Positions 20,040 through 30,351 of a stretch of 64,000 bases of DNA are shown here, in pieces. The stretch lies in NCBI GenBank assembly GCA_963702005.1, contig OY969696.1, positions 1,792,001 through 1,856,000 on the forward strand. Reading direction: 5' to 3'. A model generated the notes under the pieces. That model worked only from the letters and a program-made list of their open reading frames with translations, made no database searches and had not been told where the DNA came from. The first letter of the stretch is position 1. The number at the start of each line of letters is the position of its first letter. The position numbers were made by a program, and so were the translations under genes. The DNA is from Candidatus Aminicenantes bacterium (GTDB lineage: Bacteria > Acidobacteriota > Aminicenantia > Aminicenantales > JAFGBC01).

Positions 20040-20256
20040 GGATCCCTCCTAAAGGCGATAAAAATTAGGATTGGGGTACAGGGTGGAAAAAACTGGAATG
20101 CGCAAAATCATCCCCACATTAAGGGATACGATCAGGACGGGATAAAAGTTGCTCGCGCAGCGAAAAAAACCCCCTAAAAAGAAACCGGCCCGTCTCTCTC
20201 CGACCCCCTGTCGTCGAGAGACGGGCCGATCCGGCCCGAATACCATGACCCTCGAA

Positions 20257-20829
20257 TTATTTGGCTCGAGCCTTGTTAATTGAGCTCATGTTGTTGGCCA
20301 CGACGTAGGACAGCGCGAAGTTGGAGGCGATCGAGATAATCCAAGCCGTGGTCTTGCTTTTTTTATAGAGGCCCTTGAGGCCGTAATAGGACAGGGCCGT
20401 GAAGCCGGCCTTGACGGCGGCGAAAACATAAGCGTTCTTGACGAAGGGCTTCATAATCGGATTGCCCTCGGCCAGCCCGGGCGTCCGGAGCGCCTGGCGG
20501 GTGGTGACATAGTCGGCCACGTTGAGGGCAACCTGAGTCAGGAGGGAGGTCGTGAACATGGAGCGCTCGAAACGGTTTTCCCCAAACATGCCCTTGAGGT
20601 ACTGAGAGGCGTCGGTCGGAGCGGATACCTCGGGGACAGCGGCCAAGGAAAGGGAGGGGCCGGCGGCTTCGGGCGAAGCCGCCGGCGCAACTAAATAAGG
20701 GACAAAGGAGGGGGTATAGGGGGTCAAAGCTGTGTTGACGATCTCGCCTTCGCTGTCGGCAGCCGAAAGCGGCGCCAAGAAGAACATGGCCATAACGGCC
20801 AGGATGATTGCGAACTTCTTGCCTCTCAT
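20257..20829 (-). CDS. Exported/membrane hypothetical protein (DUF5658-like C-terminus)
   Basis: Signal peptide; D..TT......G..EGNP.M motif and TM segments. Confidence 0.65.
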   Translation of the reverse strand: MRGKKFAIILAVMAMFFLAPLSAADSEGEIVNTALTPYTPSFVPYLVAPAASPEAAGPSLSLAAVPEVSAPTDASQYLKGMFGENRFERSMFTTSLLTQVALNVADYVTTRQALRTPGLAEGNPIMKPFVKNAYVFAAVKAGFTALSYYGLKGLYKKSKTTAWIISIASNFALSYVVANNMSSINKARAK

Positions 20830-20889
20830 TTTTTTCTCCCCGTTGTCCCTGTTTCTCATTTGTTTTTCCTTACGGTCGGCTAATTCATT

Positions 20890-20905
20890 TGCAAGATGGA
20901 TGCCA
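20890..20905 (-). promoter_or_regulatory. sigma54 -24/-12 promoter
   Basis: Minus strand TGGCAT-CCATC-TTGCA about 60 nt upstream of the 20829 start; AT-rich region further upstream. Confidence 0.65.
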
Positions 20906-21358
20906 AGGAGGAAAAATGGGCTTAAATCATTAAAATAGAATAAGTTACATATTTTAGATATATAGATATTCTGTGGTTTGTATGTTCATTTATTGAACAC
21001 GCAAGTCAGGGAATGACAGCTAATTTTAACTATAATAACAACTTATGAATAATTCCCCGATGTGTTCAAATATTGGTCATAATGACACGCCCTTCTTGGA
21101 TCTCCCGGCGATCGTATCCGATCGCCATGAAGAGGGTCATTTGAGCGCCGGAATATACAGAGACGCTTACGGGAGAACAGGCGAAGCTGATGGAGTGGAG
21201 AAGGCCGTTGGGCCTGCCCGAGGAAGTCGGGAGTTTCGGGCACCGTTGACTTGTCTTATTGCCTTCTGGTACAGTTCAAATAGCATGGTTAGGCGAGACG
21301 CTGTCGTCGTCGATCCAGTGTGCATAGTCGGGCGGGAGGGAAAAGGAGGAGGGCGGGC

Positions 21359-23482
21359 ATGAACGCAATCGGCACAACCAGCACGCGGAAAAGAATAGGC
21401 GAACTCCTGGTCGAATCCGGCGTCATAACGCTCGAACAGCTCGAGAACTCCCTTCTCCTCCAAAAAGGGAAAAACAAGCGACTCGGCAAGATTCTGGTCG
21501 AGCTCGGCTACATCACGGAGGATCAAGTCGCCGAGACTCTCTCCCGCCAGCTGGCCCTCCCTCTCGTCGATTGCGCGAACTTCAAGCCCACGAAGGAGAT
21601 CATCTCGCTGGTTTCCAAGGGTACGGCCGAGAAGAAGCTCGTCTTTCCGCTCGAGGTCAAGGAGCGGCGCCTTTCTCTGGCCATGGCCAACCCCCTCGAC
21701 TGGCAGACCGTCGATGAGCTGGCCTTTTCGACCGGGATGAATATTGCGGTTGCGGTCGCCTCGGAGAGCTCAATCATGAACGCGATCGAGGAGCATTACT
21801 CTTCCGGCGAAGATCTCCTCAAGTTCCTCAAGGACGTCCCGATCAACGAGAAGGTCGAATTTATCCGGGGGATCGCCCCCGAGCGGACGGACGAGGGGCG
21901 AGGCCGGGGGAGCGGCGGTCCGACCCGCGAAATCAGCGAAGACGCGCCGATCGTGAAGTTCGTGGCCATGGTCTTGCTCGACGCCGCCAAGTCCCGAGCC
22001 AGCGACATTCACATCGAGCCGGGCGAGAAGGACATCCAGGTCCGCTACCGGATCGACGGCGAACTCAAGAACATGCTCAAGTATCCCGGCCCGCTTCACG
22101 ACTCGGTCGTGACCCGGATAAAAATCATCTCCGACCTCGACATCACCAACCGGCGGCTCCCCCAGGACGGCCGGATGCTCCTCCGGGTCGAGGGCAAGGA
22201 TATCGATATCCGGATCTCGACGCTTCCATCCGTCTACGGGGAGAAGCTCGTGCTTCGGCTCCTCGACCACGCTACGGGCCTCGTCCCGCTGGCCAAGCTG
22301 GGGATACCCCAAACGACCCTGAAACCCATCCTGACCATGATCAGCCAGCCCCAGGGGATGATCCTGGTCACCGGGCCGACGGGAAGCGGGAAGACGACGT
22401 CCCTCTACGCACTTCTCCAGCAACTGAGGGCCGAAACCAAGAACATCATCACGATCGAGGACCCGGTCGAATACCGGGTTCCGGGCACGACCCAGGTCGG
22501 GATCAACGAGCCGATCGGGCTGTCCTTTCCGAACATCCTCCGCTCCGTCCTCCGCCAGGACCCGGACATCATCATGATCGGCGAGGTCCGGGACCTAGAC
22601 ACGGCCGAGATCGCGACCAGGGCCGCCCTGACCGGCCATCTCGTCCTGAGCACGCTCCACACCAACGACACGGTTGCGACGATCACCAGGCTCATCGACA
22701 TCGGACTCGAACCCTACTTGGTTTCTTCGGCCGTCACGGGTATCATCGCCCAGCGGCTCGTCCGCCGGATCTGCCCGAAATGCAAAGTCGAGATCGGCCC
22801 CCCCGAAGAAGTGGCCGATTTGGAGCTTCCTCCCATCAAAAAAGCTTTCAAGGGGACGGGCTGCAAGGACTGTCAGTTTACCGGATTCATGGGCCGCGTC
22901 GGAGCTTACGAGCTTCTGATCCTGAACGTAAGCCTCAAGCGGCTCATCGCCAAAGGGGCCCCCGAGGGCACGATCCGGGAGGTGGCCATAAAAAGCGGCA
23001 TGGTGACCCTTTTCGAAGATGCCTGGTCCAAAGTCGTCCAAGGGATTACGACTGTGGACGAGGTTCTGTCCAAGGTGCCTTTGAGCAAGATGGAGCCGGA
23101 AACGAGGGCCGCGTTGGACGCCGGCCAGTTCCGCCAAGCCCTTCTCGTCAACGTCCCGGAGGAAGACGGCCTGGTCGTACGGAGCGTCCTGGAGCAGGCT
23201 GGGTTTGATGTCAAGGACTGCCGAGGAAGGGACGCTTTCGAGGAGGCCCTGGCCCGCGCCGTCGACTTGTGCGTCGTTTTCGCGGACGAGAAGTTGCCCG
23301 GCGTCATGGAGCGGCTGAGGAAGAACGTCCGGCATATGTCCGTCCCCGTCCTCATCCTGACCGATACCGTCTCCGAGCAGCTCGTCAACTTGGGTGCCCG
23401 CTGGGGGATCCGGGGCGTCTCGCAAAGGCCGGTTCAAGCCGTGCAGTTCACGTCCCTTATCAGGGAAGCCCTCAAGGATTGA
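21359..23482 (+). CDS. GspE/PilB-family ATPase with MshEN N-terminus and degenerate receiver-like C-terminal domain
   Basis: RIGELLV..G / RLGKILV..G repeats, GPTGSGKTT, LRQDPD.IMIGEVRD, CxxC..CxxC. Confidence 0.9.
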   Translation: MNAIGTTSTRKRIGELLVESGVITLEQLENSLLLQKGKNKRLGKILVELGYITEDQVAETLSRQLALPLVDCANFKPTKEIISLVSKGTAEKKLVFPLEVKERRLSLAMANPLDWQTVDELAFSTGMNIAVAVASESSIMNAIEEHYSSGEDLLKFLKDVPINEKVEFIRGIAPERTDEGRGRGSGGPTREISEDAPIVKFVAMVLLDAAKSRASDIHIEPGEKDIQVRYRIDGELKNMLKYPGPLHDSVVTRIKIISDLDITNRRLPQDGRMLLRVEGKDIDIRISTLPSVYGEKLVLRLLDHATGLVPLAKLGIPQTTLKPILTMISQPQGMILVTGPTGSGKTTSLYALLQQLRAETKNIITIEDPVEYRVPGTTQVGINEPIGLSFPNILRSVLRQDPDIIMIGEVRDLDTAEIATRAALTGHLVLSTLHTNDTVATITRLIDIGLEPYLVSSAVTGIIAQRLVRRICPKCKVEIGPPEEVADLELPPIKKAFKGTGCKDCQFTGFMGRVGAYELLILNVSLKRLIAKGAPEGTIREVAIKSGMVTLFEDAWSKVVQGITTVDEVLSKVPLSKMEPETRAALDAGQFRQALLVNVPEEDGLVVRSVLEQAGFDVKDCRGRDAFEEALARAVDLCVVFADEKLPGVMERLRKNVRHMSVPVLILTDTVSEQLVNLGARWGIRGVSQRPVQAVQFTSLIREALKD

Positions 23483-23571
23483 CGCGCCGCCGGCCCGTTT
23501 ACGTCATTTTCTATCATCGAACCGATTGGAAAAAAAAGACCGCCGGGAAACCGGGGAAGGAGGTCCGAACC

Positions 23572-24960
23572 ATGAACGCATCTCAAATCCGCGCCGCGCG
23601 AGGAGTCCTTATCGCCGGGGCGGTCTTGGCTGTTTGCGCCATCCTCGCCATGTCCGGGCCGGGCGACGACGAGGAGATCAAGGCCGCATCCTTCAATTCG
23701 AACGGCCCCTTGTTCGAAGGCTGGCAGTGGCTCATGGACACGGAGCACGGCCAGACGGCCGAATGGAGATTCGACCGCATCCCCATGGAACAGGACATCA
23801 CCGTCAGGCTCGAAGTCCAAGCCCGTTCGAATATACGCTTGGCCGCCGGCGTCAACGCCGAATTTTTCCTCTCCTACGGCGCCGCGGCTCCCGAACAGAA
23901 AGAGGCTTTGTTCTTCGGCCGGGTCAAGGTGACGCTGCCGAACGTCACGACCCCCGACAACCCGGGCGGCATTCTTTGCCGGGGAACGATCGTCATTCCG
24001 CGCAAGGAGCTCCAGGGGAGCCAGACGCTTGTCCTCAAGGCGAGCCGCAGCGACGTCCTCGGGCAATATCCGCCGGTCGATCTCCTCATCGCCGTCCGGG
24101 CCGAGAGCGCCGTCCTCATCGCCCGCAGCTTCCCCGAACCCGGGCCCAGGCCCAAACCGAAAACGATCCCCCAGCCGGAGCCCGAACCCAAGGCGCAGCC
24201 CCTGCCGTTGCCCAAGCCCGAACCCGAGCCCAAGCTCCGCCCCTTCAGGGGAGACCATCTCCCCGAGACCGACCTCCGCGATGAGGCCTACCTGTTGGGG
24301 CCGGGCGAATATTTTGGCGAGCTCGGACACGAACGCGAAAACGGAGCGCACGACAACGTCGATTGGTACGCCGTGAACCTCCGCAAGGGGGAGATCGTCA
24401 AAATCAGCCTCGACATGAACGAGGGCCGGAACTTCAACCTGGCCCTGATCAGTCCCGGCGGGAATCCCCTCGAAACTTCGACCAGGAAATTGGACGCGGC
24501 CGACGTCGTCGAATGGGCGGCCAGTCTGGACGGACCCGAGTTCATCAAGATCAACCGGGCCGCCGGCCAGGGCCGCTATACCCTGGGCGTCGATATCAGC
24601 CACCAGGACGACGGAGGAAGCGTCCGCGACGCCGGGAACGATCAGAGCGGCGCCGTCCCTATCTATCCCGCCGTCGAACCCGTCGACGGACAGCTTCTGC
24701 CCGACGACAACATCGACTTCTACAGCATTGCCCTCGAAAAGGGCTGGACGATTTTTGTTAAGCTCATGGTCCAGAGCGGCCAGAACTTCAACCTGGCCCT
24801 GTTCAGGCCCGACGGGACCATCTTGGAGGCTTCGAAGCGGGGGGTCGGCGAATCCGACTCGATCGAGTTCAAAGCGCCGGCGGCCAAGTCTTATTTCATC
24901 CGGGTCATCCGGAAATCCGGGGAAGGACACTACAAGCTTCAGCTCTCAATTCATAAATGA
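23572..24960 (+). CDS. Exported protein with Pro-rich linker and two PPC-like domains
   Basis: N-terminal hydrophobic segment, PEPEPK linker, two D..D.Y....KG....NFNLAL..P.G repeats. Confidence 0.75.
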   Translation: MNASQIRAARGVLIAGAVLAVCAILAMSGPGDDEEIKAASFNSNGPLFEGWQWLMDTEHGQTAEWRFDRIPMEQDITVRLEVQARSNIRLAAGVNAEFFLSYGAAAPEQKEALFFGRVKVTLPNVTTPDNPGGILCRGTIVIPRKELQGSQTLVLKASRSDVLGQYPPVDLLIAVRAESAVLIARSFPEPGPRPKPKTIPQPEPEPKAQPLPLPKPEPEPKLRPFRGDHLPETDLRDEAYLLGPGEYFGELGHERENGAHDNVDWYAVNLRKGEIVKISLDMNEGRNFNLALISPGGNPLETSTRKLDAADVVEWAASLDGPEFIKINRAAGQGRYTLGVDISHQDDGGSVRDAGNDQSGAVPIYPAVEPVDGQLLPDDNIDFYSIALEKGWTIFVKLMVQSGQNFNLALFRPDGTILEASKRGVGESDSIEFKAPAAKSYFIRVIRKSGEGHYKLQLSIHK

Positions 24961-24968
24961 TCTAGGGC

Positions 24969-26099
24969 TTAGCGGCCCCATTCCTCGGCCGCCCCGGCCA
25001 GGACCTGGAGGTTCCGGCGCGGCGTGTGGGGAGCCACCGAGCAAGCCGTGCTGAGGATGTAACCGCCGCCGGGTTTTCCCGTCTCGAGGCAGCGGCGGGC
25101 TTCCCGCTCGACCTCCGCTTCCGTCCCGTGCAGGAGGACGTGGACCGGATCCAGGTTCCCCTTGATGAAGAGCCGGCCGCCGATGCGGCGCTTGGCGTCC
25201 GCGAGATCGACCGTGCCCAACGGAGGCGGGTCGAGACATTCGATTCCCGAGACGCCCGCCTCGGCCATCAGCTCGAGGCGGTCGTGGACGGCGCCGCAGG
25301 TATGGGTGTAGACAAAAATCCCCTGTTCCCGCGCGGCCGCCGCGATCCGGGCCTCGAAGGGGAGGACGAACTCCCGGTAGCAGGCGGGCGAGATGAATCC
25401 CGCGCCCGCGAAGGGAGAGGAAATCTTGAGGGCGTCCAGGCCGCGCCCGGACAGGCCGCGAGTGAGCCGGACGAGACCTTCGCTGAAGCGGGCCAGGATA
25501 TCCTTGGAGCGTGATGGGTTATCGAGGAGGGCCAGGAAGCCTTCCCGGAAGCCGATGAGGTTCAGGAAGTAATCAAAGGGCGATGTCACTTCGCCGTGGA
25601 TAGAAAACGCGTCGCCGGCCCTGGCCCGGACGATGTCGATGGCGTCGAAGAGGTGGTCCGGGTCGAACCGGAATTCGAGGCCCTGGGAGACCGGGATAAA
25701 CTCGATCCCGTCCGGGAGCGAGGCCGGATCGAAGGAGGCGATGTCGGGCCTGGGCTTGTCCCGGGCCGGGAGGTGAAGGGGAAGGTCGTCGGCCGGGAAA
25801 ACCGTCCGGTCGCCGTTCTTCCAGCGGACGCGCTCGCCCTCGTCGTCCCGCTCAATGGACAGGACCTCGCGGGACCAGCCGGGCGGATGGCCGTGGAGGG
25901 AGACCAGGATTCCATCGAAGCCGTAGAGCTCGCGGAGGCGGATGAGGCCTTCGGCGAAGATTTCGGCCGAGAACCAAAATTCGCTGGGGGGGAACCCGGT
26001 TTGGAGGAGCATGTGCCCGATGCTCATTTGGCACATGACCGGGACCCGGTCCGGGCGGCGGACGGCCATGGCCTCGATCATGCGCTGTTTCGGTGTCAT
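24969..26099 (-). CDS. Uroporphyrinogen decarboxylase/MtaA-CmuA family protein
   Basis: PDRVPV, YTHTCG, KGNLDP, GGYILSTAC. Confidence 0.85.
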   Translation of the reverse strand: MTPKQRMIEAMAVRRPDRVPVMCQMSIGHMLLQTGFPPSEFWFSAEIFAEGLIRLRELYGFDGILVSLHGHPPGWSREVLSIERDDEGERVRWKNGDRTVFPADDLPLHLPARDKPRPDIASFDPASLPDGIEFIPVSQGLEFRFDPDHLFDAIDIVRARAGDAFSIHGEVTSPFDYFLNLIGFREGFLALLDNPSRSKDILARFSEGLVRLTRGLSGRGLDALKISSPFAGAGFISPACYREFVLPFEARIAAAAREQGIFVYTHTCGAVHDRLELMAEAGVSGIECLDPPPLGTVDLADAKRRIGGRLFIKGNLDPVHVLLHGTEAEVEREARRCLETGKPGGGYILSTACSVAPHTPRRNLQVLAGAAEEWGR

Positions 26100-26120
26100 A
26101 CGTCTATTATAACGTTAAAC

Positions 26121-26209
26121 AATGAATTCTGGGGACACACGACTTAATTCCGCGTTTGTCAAAATTAAAAGAGCTTATGGAATTAAGTCGTGTGTCCCCA
26201 GAATTTATT
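26121..26209. repeat. REPIN-like long inverted repeat
   Basis: AATTCTGGGGACACACGACTTAATTCC / GGAATTAAGTCGTGTGTCCCCAGAATT, 27 bp perfect, 27-nt spacer. Confidence 0.8.
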
Positions 26210-26264
26210 CTTGAGTCGCCGGGAGGAAAGATGCTACAATGCCAGGGGAGAAGGGAGGAGTGAC

Positions 26265-27359
26265 ATGACGTTCCTGGCCCTGCTTAAGCTCCTCGTGGAA
26301 CGCCAGGGATCGGATCTCCATCTCCTGGCCGGGCTCCATCCCGCCCTTCGCGTCCACGGCGAACTTGTCCCCTTGACCGAACTCGAGCGGCTGACGCCGG
26401 AGACGTCTAAGGCCCTCATCTACGAAATCCTAAGCGAGCGTCAGAAAGCCCTCTTCGAAAACGGGTCCGACACGCAGCACGAGCTCGATTTCGGACACGG
26501 CATCCCAGGCTTGGGGCGGTTTCGCATCAATGTTCATATGCAGCGGGGGACGGTCGCGACTGCCGTCCGGGCCCTGTCGAGTGTCATTCCCGATTTCGAC
26601 GGATTGGGCCTTCCCCCTTCGGTCCGGGCTTTTACCCAGGCTAAGCGGGGGCTCGTCCTCGTCACCGGGCCGACCGGGTGCGGCAAATCGACGACCCTGG
26701 CAGCCCTGATCGACGTCATCAATCGGACCCGCTCGGACCACATCCTGACCATCGAGGACCCGATCGAGTACCTCCACAAGTCCCAAAAATCCTACGTAAC
26801 CCAGCGCGAGGTCGGCCCCTCCGGAGATACGCTCTCATTTAAAAACGCCCTCAAGTACGCCCTCCGCCAGGACCCGGACGTCATCCTGATCGGGGAGATG
26901 CGGGATGCCGAGACGATCGGGATCGCCATTACCTCGGCCGAGACCGGACACCTCGTTTTCGGGACCCTCCATACCGCGAGCGCGGCCCAGACGGTCAGCC
27001 GGATCATCGACGTCTTCCCGGCCGACCAGCAGCCCCAGATCCAGAGCCAGCTCGCCACGAACATCCTCGGCGTCATTTCCCAGATCTTACTGCCCCGGGT
27101 CGACAAACCGGGACGCGTCCTGGCCTGCGAGGTCATGATCGCCAGCGCCGCGGTCCGGAACAACGTCCGGATCGGCAAGGTCGAGACGCTCTTCCAGGTC
27201 ATGCAGACTTCGGCCGGGGAGGGCATGCAGACGATGGACCAGTCCCTCATCCATCATTGCAAAACCGGGGCCATCGACTACGATACGGCCAAACCGTTCA
27301 TCTACGATAAAGGGACGCACGACGTCCTGAAATCATTCCGCCGGCCGGGAAAGGCCTGA
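26265..27359 (+). CDS. pilT: Type IV pilus retraction ATPase
   Basis: GSDLHL, GPTGCGKSTTLAA, TIEDPIE, ALRQDPD, AVRNNVR, GMQTMDQ. Confidence 0.9.
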   Translation: MTFLALLKLLVERQGSDLHLLAGLHPALRVHGELVPLTELERLTPETSKALIYEILSERQKALFENGSDTQHELDFGHGIPGLGRFRINVHMQRGTVATAVRALSSVIPDFDGLGLPPSVRAFTQAKRGLVLVTGPTGCGKSTTLAALIDVINRTRSDHILTIEDPIEYLHKSQKSYVTQREVGPSGDTLSFKNALKYALRQDPDVILIGEMRDAETIGIAITSAETGHLVFGTLHTASAAQTVSRIIDVFPADQQPQIQSQLATNILGVISQILLPRVDKPGRVLACEVMIASAAVRNNVRIGKVETLFQVMQTSAGEGMQTMDQSLIHHCKTGAIDYDTAKPFIYDKGTHDVLKSFRRPGKA

Positions 27360-27403
27360 GGGTAAGAGGGCGAGACCGGACGGCGACGGAGAGGAGAGAG
27401 GCG

Positions 27404-27937
27404 ATGCCTGTCGAGTCAAAAAAAGAAAAAGCGATATTCCAAAAAGCCCTCCGCTCGTTCGAGCTGGTCGTCAAGTCGGCTCAAACCTTCCGGGCCTTCC
27501 TGAGCGACGACCACCCGGCCCAATCGCCGGACTATTATCTGGCCCGGAATTTCTTGCGCGACGCCGAAACGCTCTATGAGGAGGCCATGGCCGAAGCCAA
27601 GAAGCTCCTCGGGCCGCTCCCCGGCTATGTCTCGTCCCAAGTCGCCAGTTCCAAGAAGGCGATGCTGGAGGCCATGAGCGTCGTCGCCAAGAGCGCGGAC
27701 ATGACGAACCTTCAATCCGAGCTCGAGCGGGACGAGTTCATCGCCAGCATGTTCAAGTCCGACGAGATCGCCCTCTACATCCGGGCCAATTTCGAGAGCC
27801 AGCGCAAAGGAAAACGGAAGCTTCCCAACATCAAAGCCCGGATGACCCTCGACAAGCTCGCCCGCAAGCTCGCCCAAGCCTGCGAGCTCCGGGAGCGGGC
27901 CCAGCAGAAGCACCAGGCGCCGCCGGCCTCCTCTTAA
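27404..27937 (+). CDS. Hypothetical helical protein
   Basis: RBS, host-like codon usage, follows pilT. Confidence 0.65.
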   Translation: MPVESKKEKAIFQKALRSFELVVKSAQTFRAFLSDDHPAQSPDYYLARNFLRDAETLYEEAMAEAKKLLGPLPGYVSSQVASSKKAMLEAMSVVAKSADMTNLQSELERDEFIASMFKSDEIALYIRANFESQRKGKRKLPNIKARMTLDKLARKLAQACELRERAQQKHQAPPASS

Positions 27938-30294
27938 GGCCTCCGGCCTTTTCCTTCGACCTCGTCCCTCCAATAGCGGAGCTTTCCGCTGCCGGCCTGG
28001 TCCGGCGCGGCGTCAAAAGCGAGCCCGAAGAGCGACGGCTTCACTTCGACGAGGACGGCGTCCTTGTAGACGGCCTTGGTCAGGTTGACGATCGTATAGG
28101 CGAGCTTGCCGGCGCCGAGCCGCCCGAAGACGAAATCGCCGTCCGTCTCGAAATCGCCGACCTTGAGCCGCCCCGCGTCGTAGGTGTAGCGGGGCCGGCG
28201 CGAATCCCTGGCCATGTCTCGCCGCAGGTCGGACTTGACGCCGATCAGGATGTCTTGGGCCGGGGTTTTAAGGGAAACGGCCAGGGCGGCGGCGGCCGGC
28301 TCGACCGGAACGAGCTGGATCCCGGCGACCAGATCCTTCGCCGGGACATCCGCCCCGTGAGGGATAAGGACGGTAACCAGCCCCGTCGTCTCGCCGAGCT
28401 CGAAGTGCTGGGCGGCCGTCTGATGGATCAGAATCTCGTCCTGATAGTGGCGCTTCTCGGGTTCAACCCCCTCGATCCGGAAATGAGTGAGCGGGAAGAG
28501 GATGAGCAGGCGCTTGGCGGAGGGAAGCTCCTCGGCCTGGATCCGGTCGTAGCCCGTGTCGTACCAATGGGGGCCCTGTTCGAAGATCTTACGGGTGTGC
28601 CACAGCCCGGCCAGAGTGAAGAACTCCTCGCGCCGCGCCTTGAAGACGTCGAAGACGACCAACGCCTCGGGCTCATGGACGTAGACGACGATCCGGTCCC
28701 ACTCGTAGCCCCAGCCTTCGTCAATGAGGCGGGTCCGGCTGTAATCGAAATCGGGAAAAGCCAGGACATCGACCTTCTGGGTTCGGACCCGGCGGTAAGA
28801 GCCCGCGTTATGCAGGAAGTCGAGGACCTGCTGGCCCGGGACGGCGTCCCGGATGCTGTAGCGGGACTCGCCCGCGGCTTGGCCCATCCAGATTTTCTCG
28901 GGCCGGACGCAGAGGCGGTTGTGAAAGTAATCCTGGCGATAGGCCCCGTAGGGACCCGACGGCATGTAGTCCCGGTAGCCGGCGTCGTTGAGGAGGACCG
29001 AACCGCCGCTCATGAGAAGGGCGAGGCCGTTTTCGTCGGCGTGGCCGTGGGTCATCTTTTCCTCCTCGACCGGAATCGTATCCCGGAGGTAGTCGCGGAA
29101 GGCCAGCCCGCCGTCGCCTTCATCGCGATAGTTGAGGAGGAGGTAGGTCGAGAGCGCGTCCCATCCGTTCCGGAAGACGACCTTTTTCCCGACGAGGTCC
29201 TCCAGAACCTCCCCGGACAGCGCGGAGGGCGGCCGGGCCGGGATCCCGTCCGCTCCCCAACGGGCGCAGTCGAGGAGGATGATCCCGAGGCCCACGTTGT
29301 CCGTCTTGGAAAAATCGACGAAGCGGCGGGCGATCGTCGCGGCCGCCCACTTGAGCTCGGGATCCCGGGACTGGCCGGCCGCCGCCTCGAAGAAGACTAA
29401 AAAATGCGTCCAGTTCGAATAACGGTGGGCGTCGCCGAAGTCGGGGATCGTTCCGGCCGGGTCCATCAGGCGCAGATAATAGCGGGCGTAATAATACATG
29501 ATGGGAGTCCGGAGCAACTCGGGAACTTTGTTGAGAGCGTCGGCGTAGCCGAGGAGGGAGTAGAGCCAGACGCCGTTGTAGACCGTCGCGTCCTCGATCT
29601 GCCAGGAGCCCCAATTGTCGTTGCCCAGAGCCCGGCGCTGCATCTCCCATTTCGGGGCGTCGGGGTGGCCGGGGAGGGCCCGGACGGCCCAGGCCAGAGA
29701 CTCGGCCCGGAGCGCGGACCTGTTCATGGGCCCCCACTCCTGGGTTCGGAGCAGATAGGCCAGGCTGTGCGCGATGATGTCTTCGATCCGTTTCCGTTCG
29801 GCGCTGCCCAGGATGGCGGAGGAACGGACGGCGTCATAGGCCCGGATAAAGCGCATGACCGTGAAGAAATCCGGCAGGGCGGGTATGCCGTCTGCGTAGT
29901 CGGGCCGGCGCTTGACCGACGATTCGGGGTAGATCGACCGGAAATCACCGTAGCTGAGGAGGATTTGAACGACGCGGCGTCCGTATTCGGGCTTCCCTTC
30001 GGTCTGGAAAAAATACCCGTAGATGACGGCCGTTTCGAGAAGCCCTCCCGGCGGCCGGTAGCCGAAGATATTGTCCGGATCGAAGCCTTTTTTCCAGTTC
30101 GCGATGAGATCGTCCTTATGGGCGAAGGCCCAGTCGGCCGAGGCTTTGGCGTAGGCCAGGTACCGGGCGCGCGGCACGGGTTCCGGGGACGCCTGGGCCG
30201 GACCGGGACCGGCGGACCCGGACGGGATGAGAAGCGTTGAGAGGAAGAAGAAGAGGAAGAAGAAAGAGATGAGGCGGTTGCGAATGATGGCCAT
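27934..30294 (-). CDS. Secreted protein, heparinase II/III-like
   Basis: Signal peptide; PDFGD, HGHADEN, D.GY, HN motifs. Confidence 0.65.
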   Translation of the reverse strand: MAIIRNRLISFFFLFFFLSTLLIPSGSAGPGPAQASPEPVPRARYLAYAKASADWAFAHKDDLIANWKKGFDPDNIFGYRPPGGLLETAVIYGYFFQTEGKPEYGRRVVQILLSYGDFRSIYPESSVKRRPDYADGIPALPDFFTVMRFIRAYDAVRSSAILGSAERKRIEDIIAHSLAYLLRTQEWGPMNRSALRAESLAWAVRALPGHPDAPKWEMQRRALGNDNWGSWQIEDATVYNGVWLYSLLGYADALNKVPELLRTPIMYYYARYYLRLMDPAGTIPDFGDAHRYSNWTHFLVFFEAAAGQSRDPELKWAAATIARRFVDFSKTDNVGLGIILLDCARWGADGIPARPPSALSGEVLEDLVGKKVVFRNGWDALSTYLLLNYRDEGDGGLAFRDYLRDTIPVEEEKMTHGHADENGLALLMSGGSVLLNDAGYRDYMPSGPYGAYRQDYFHNRLCVRPEKIWMGQAAGESRYSIRDAVPGQQVLDFLHNAGSYRRVRTQKVDVLAFPDFDYSRTRLIDEGWGYEWDRIVVYVHEPEALVVFDVFKARREEFFTLAGLWHTRKIFEQGPHWYDTGYDRIQAEELPSAKRLLILFPLTHFRIEGVEPEKRHYQDEILIHQTAAQHFELGETTGLVTVLIPHGADVPAKDLVAGIQLVPVEPAAAALAVSLKTPAQDILIGVKSDLRRDMARDSRRPRYTYDAGRLKVGDFETDGDFVFGRLGAGKLAYTIVNLTKAVYKDAVLVEVKPSLFGLAFDAAPDQAGSGKLRYWRDEVEGKGRRP

Positions 30295-30351
30295 GTGACC
30301 CTCCGCCGCTATTATATTGATTTTTGGGAATATGATAAAATCGAATCGACA

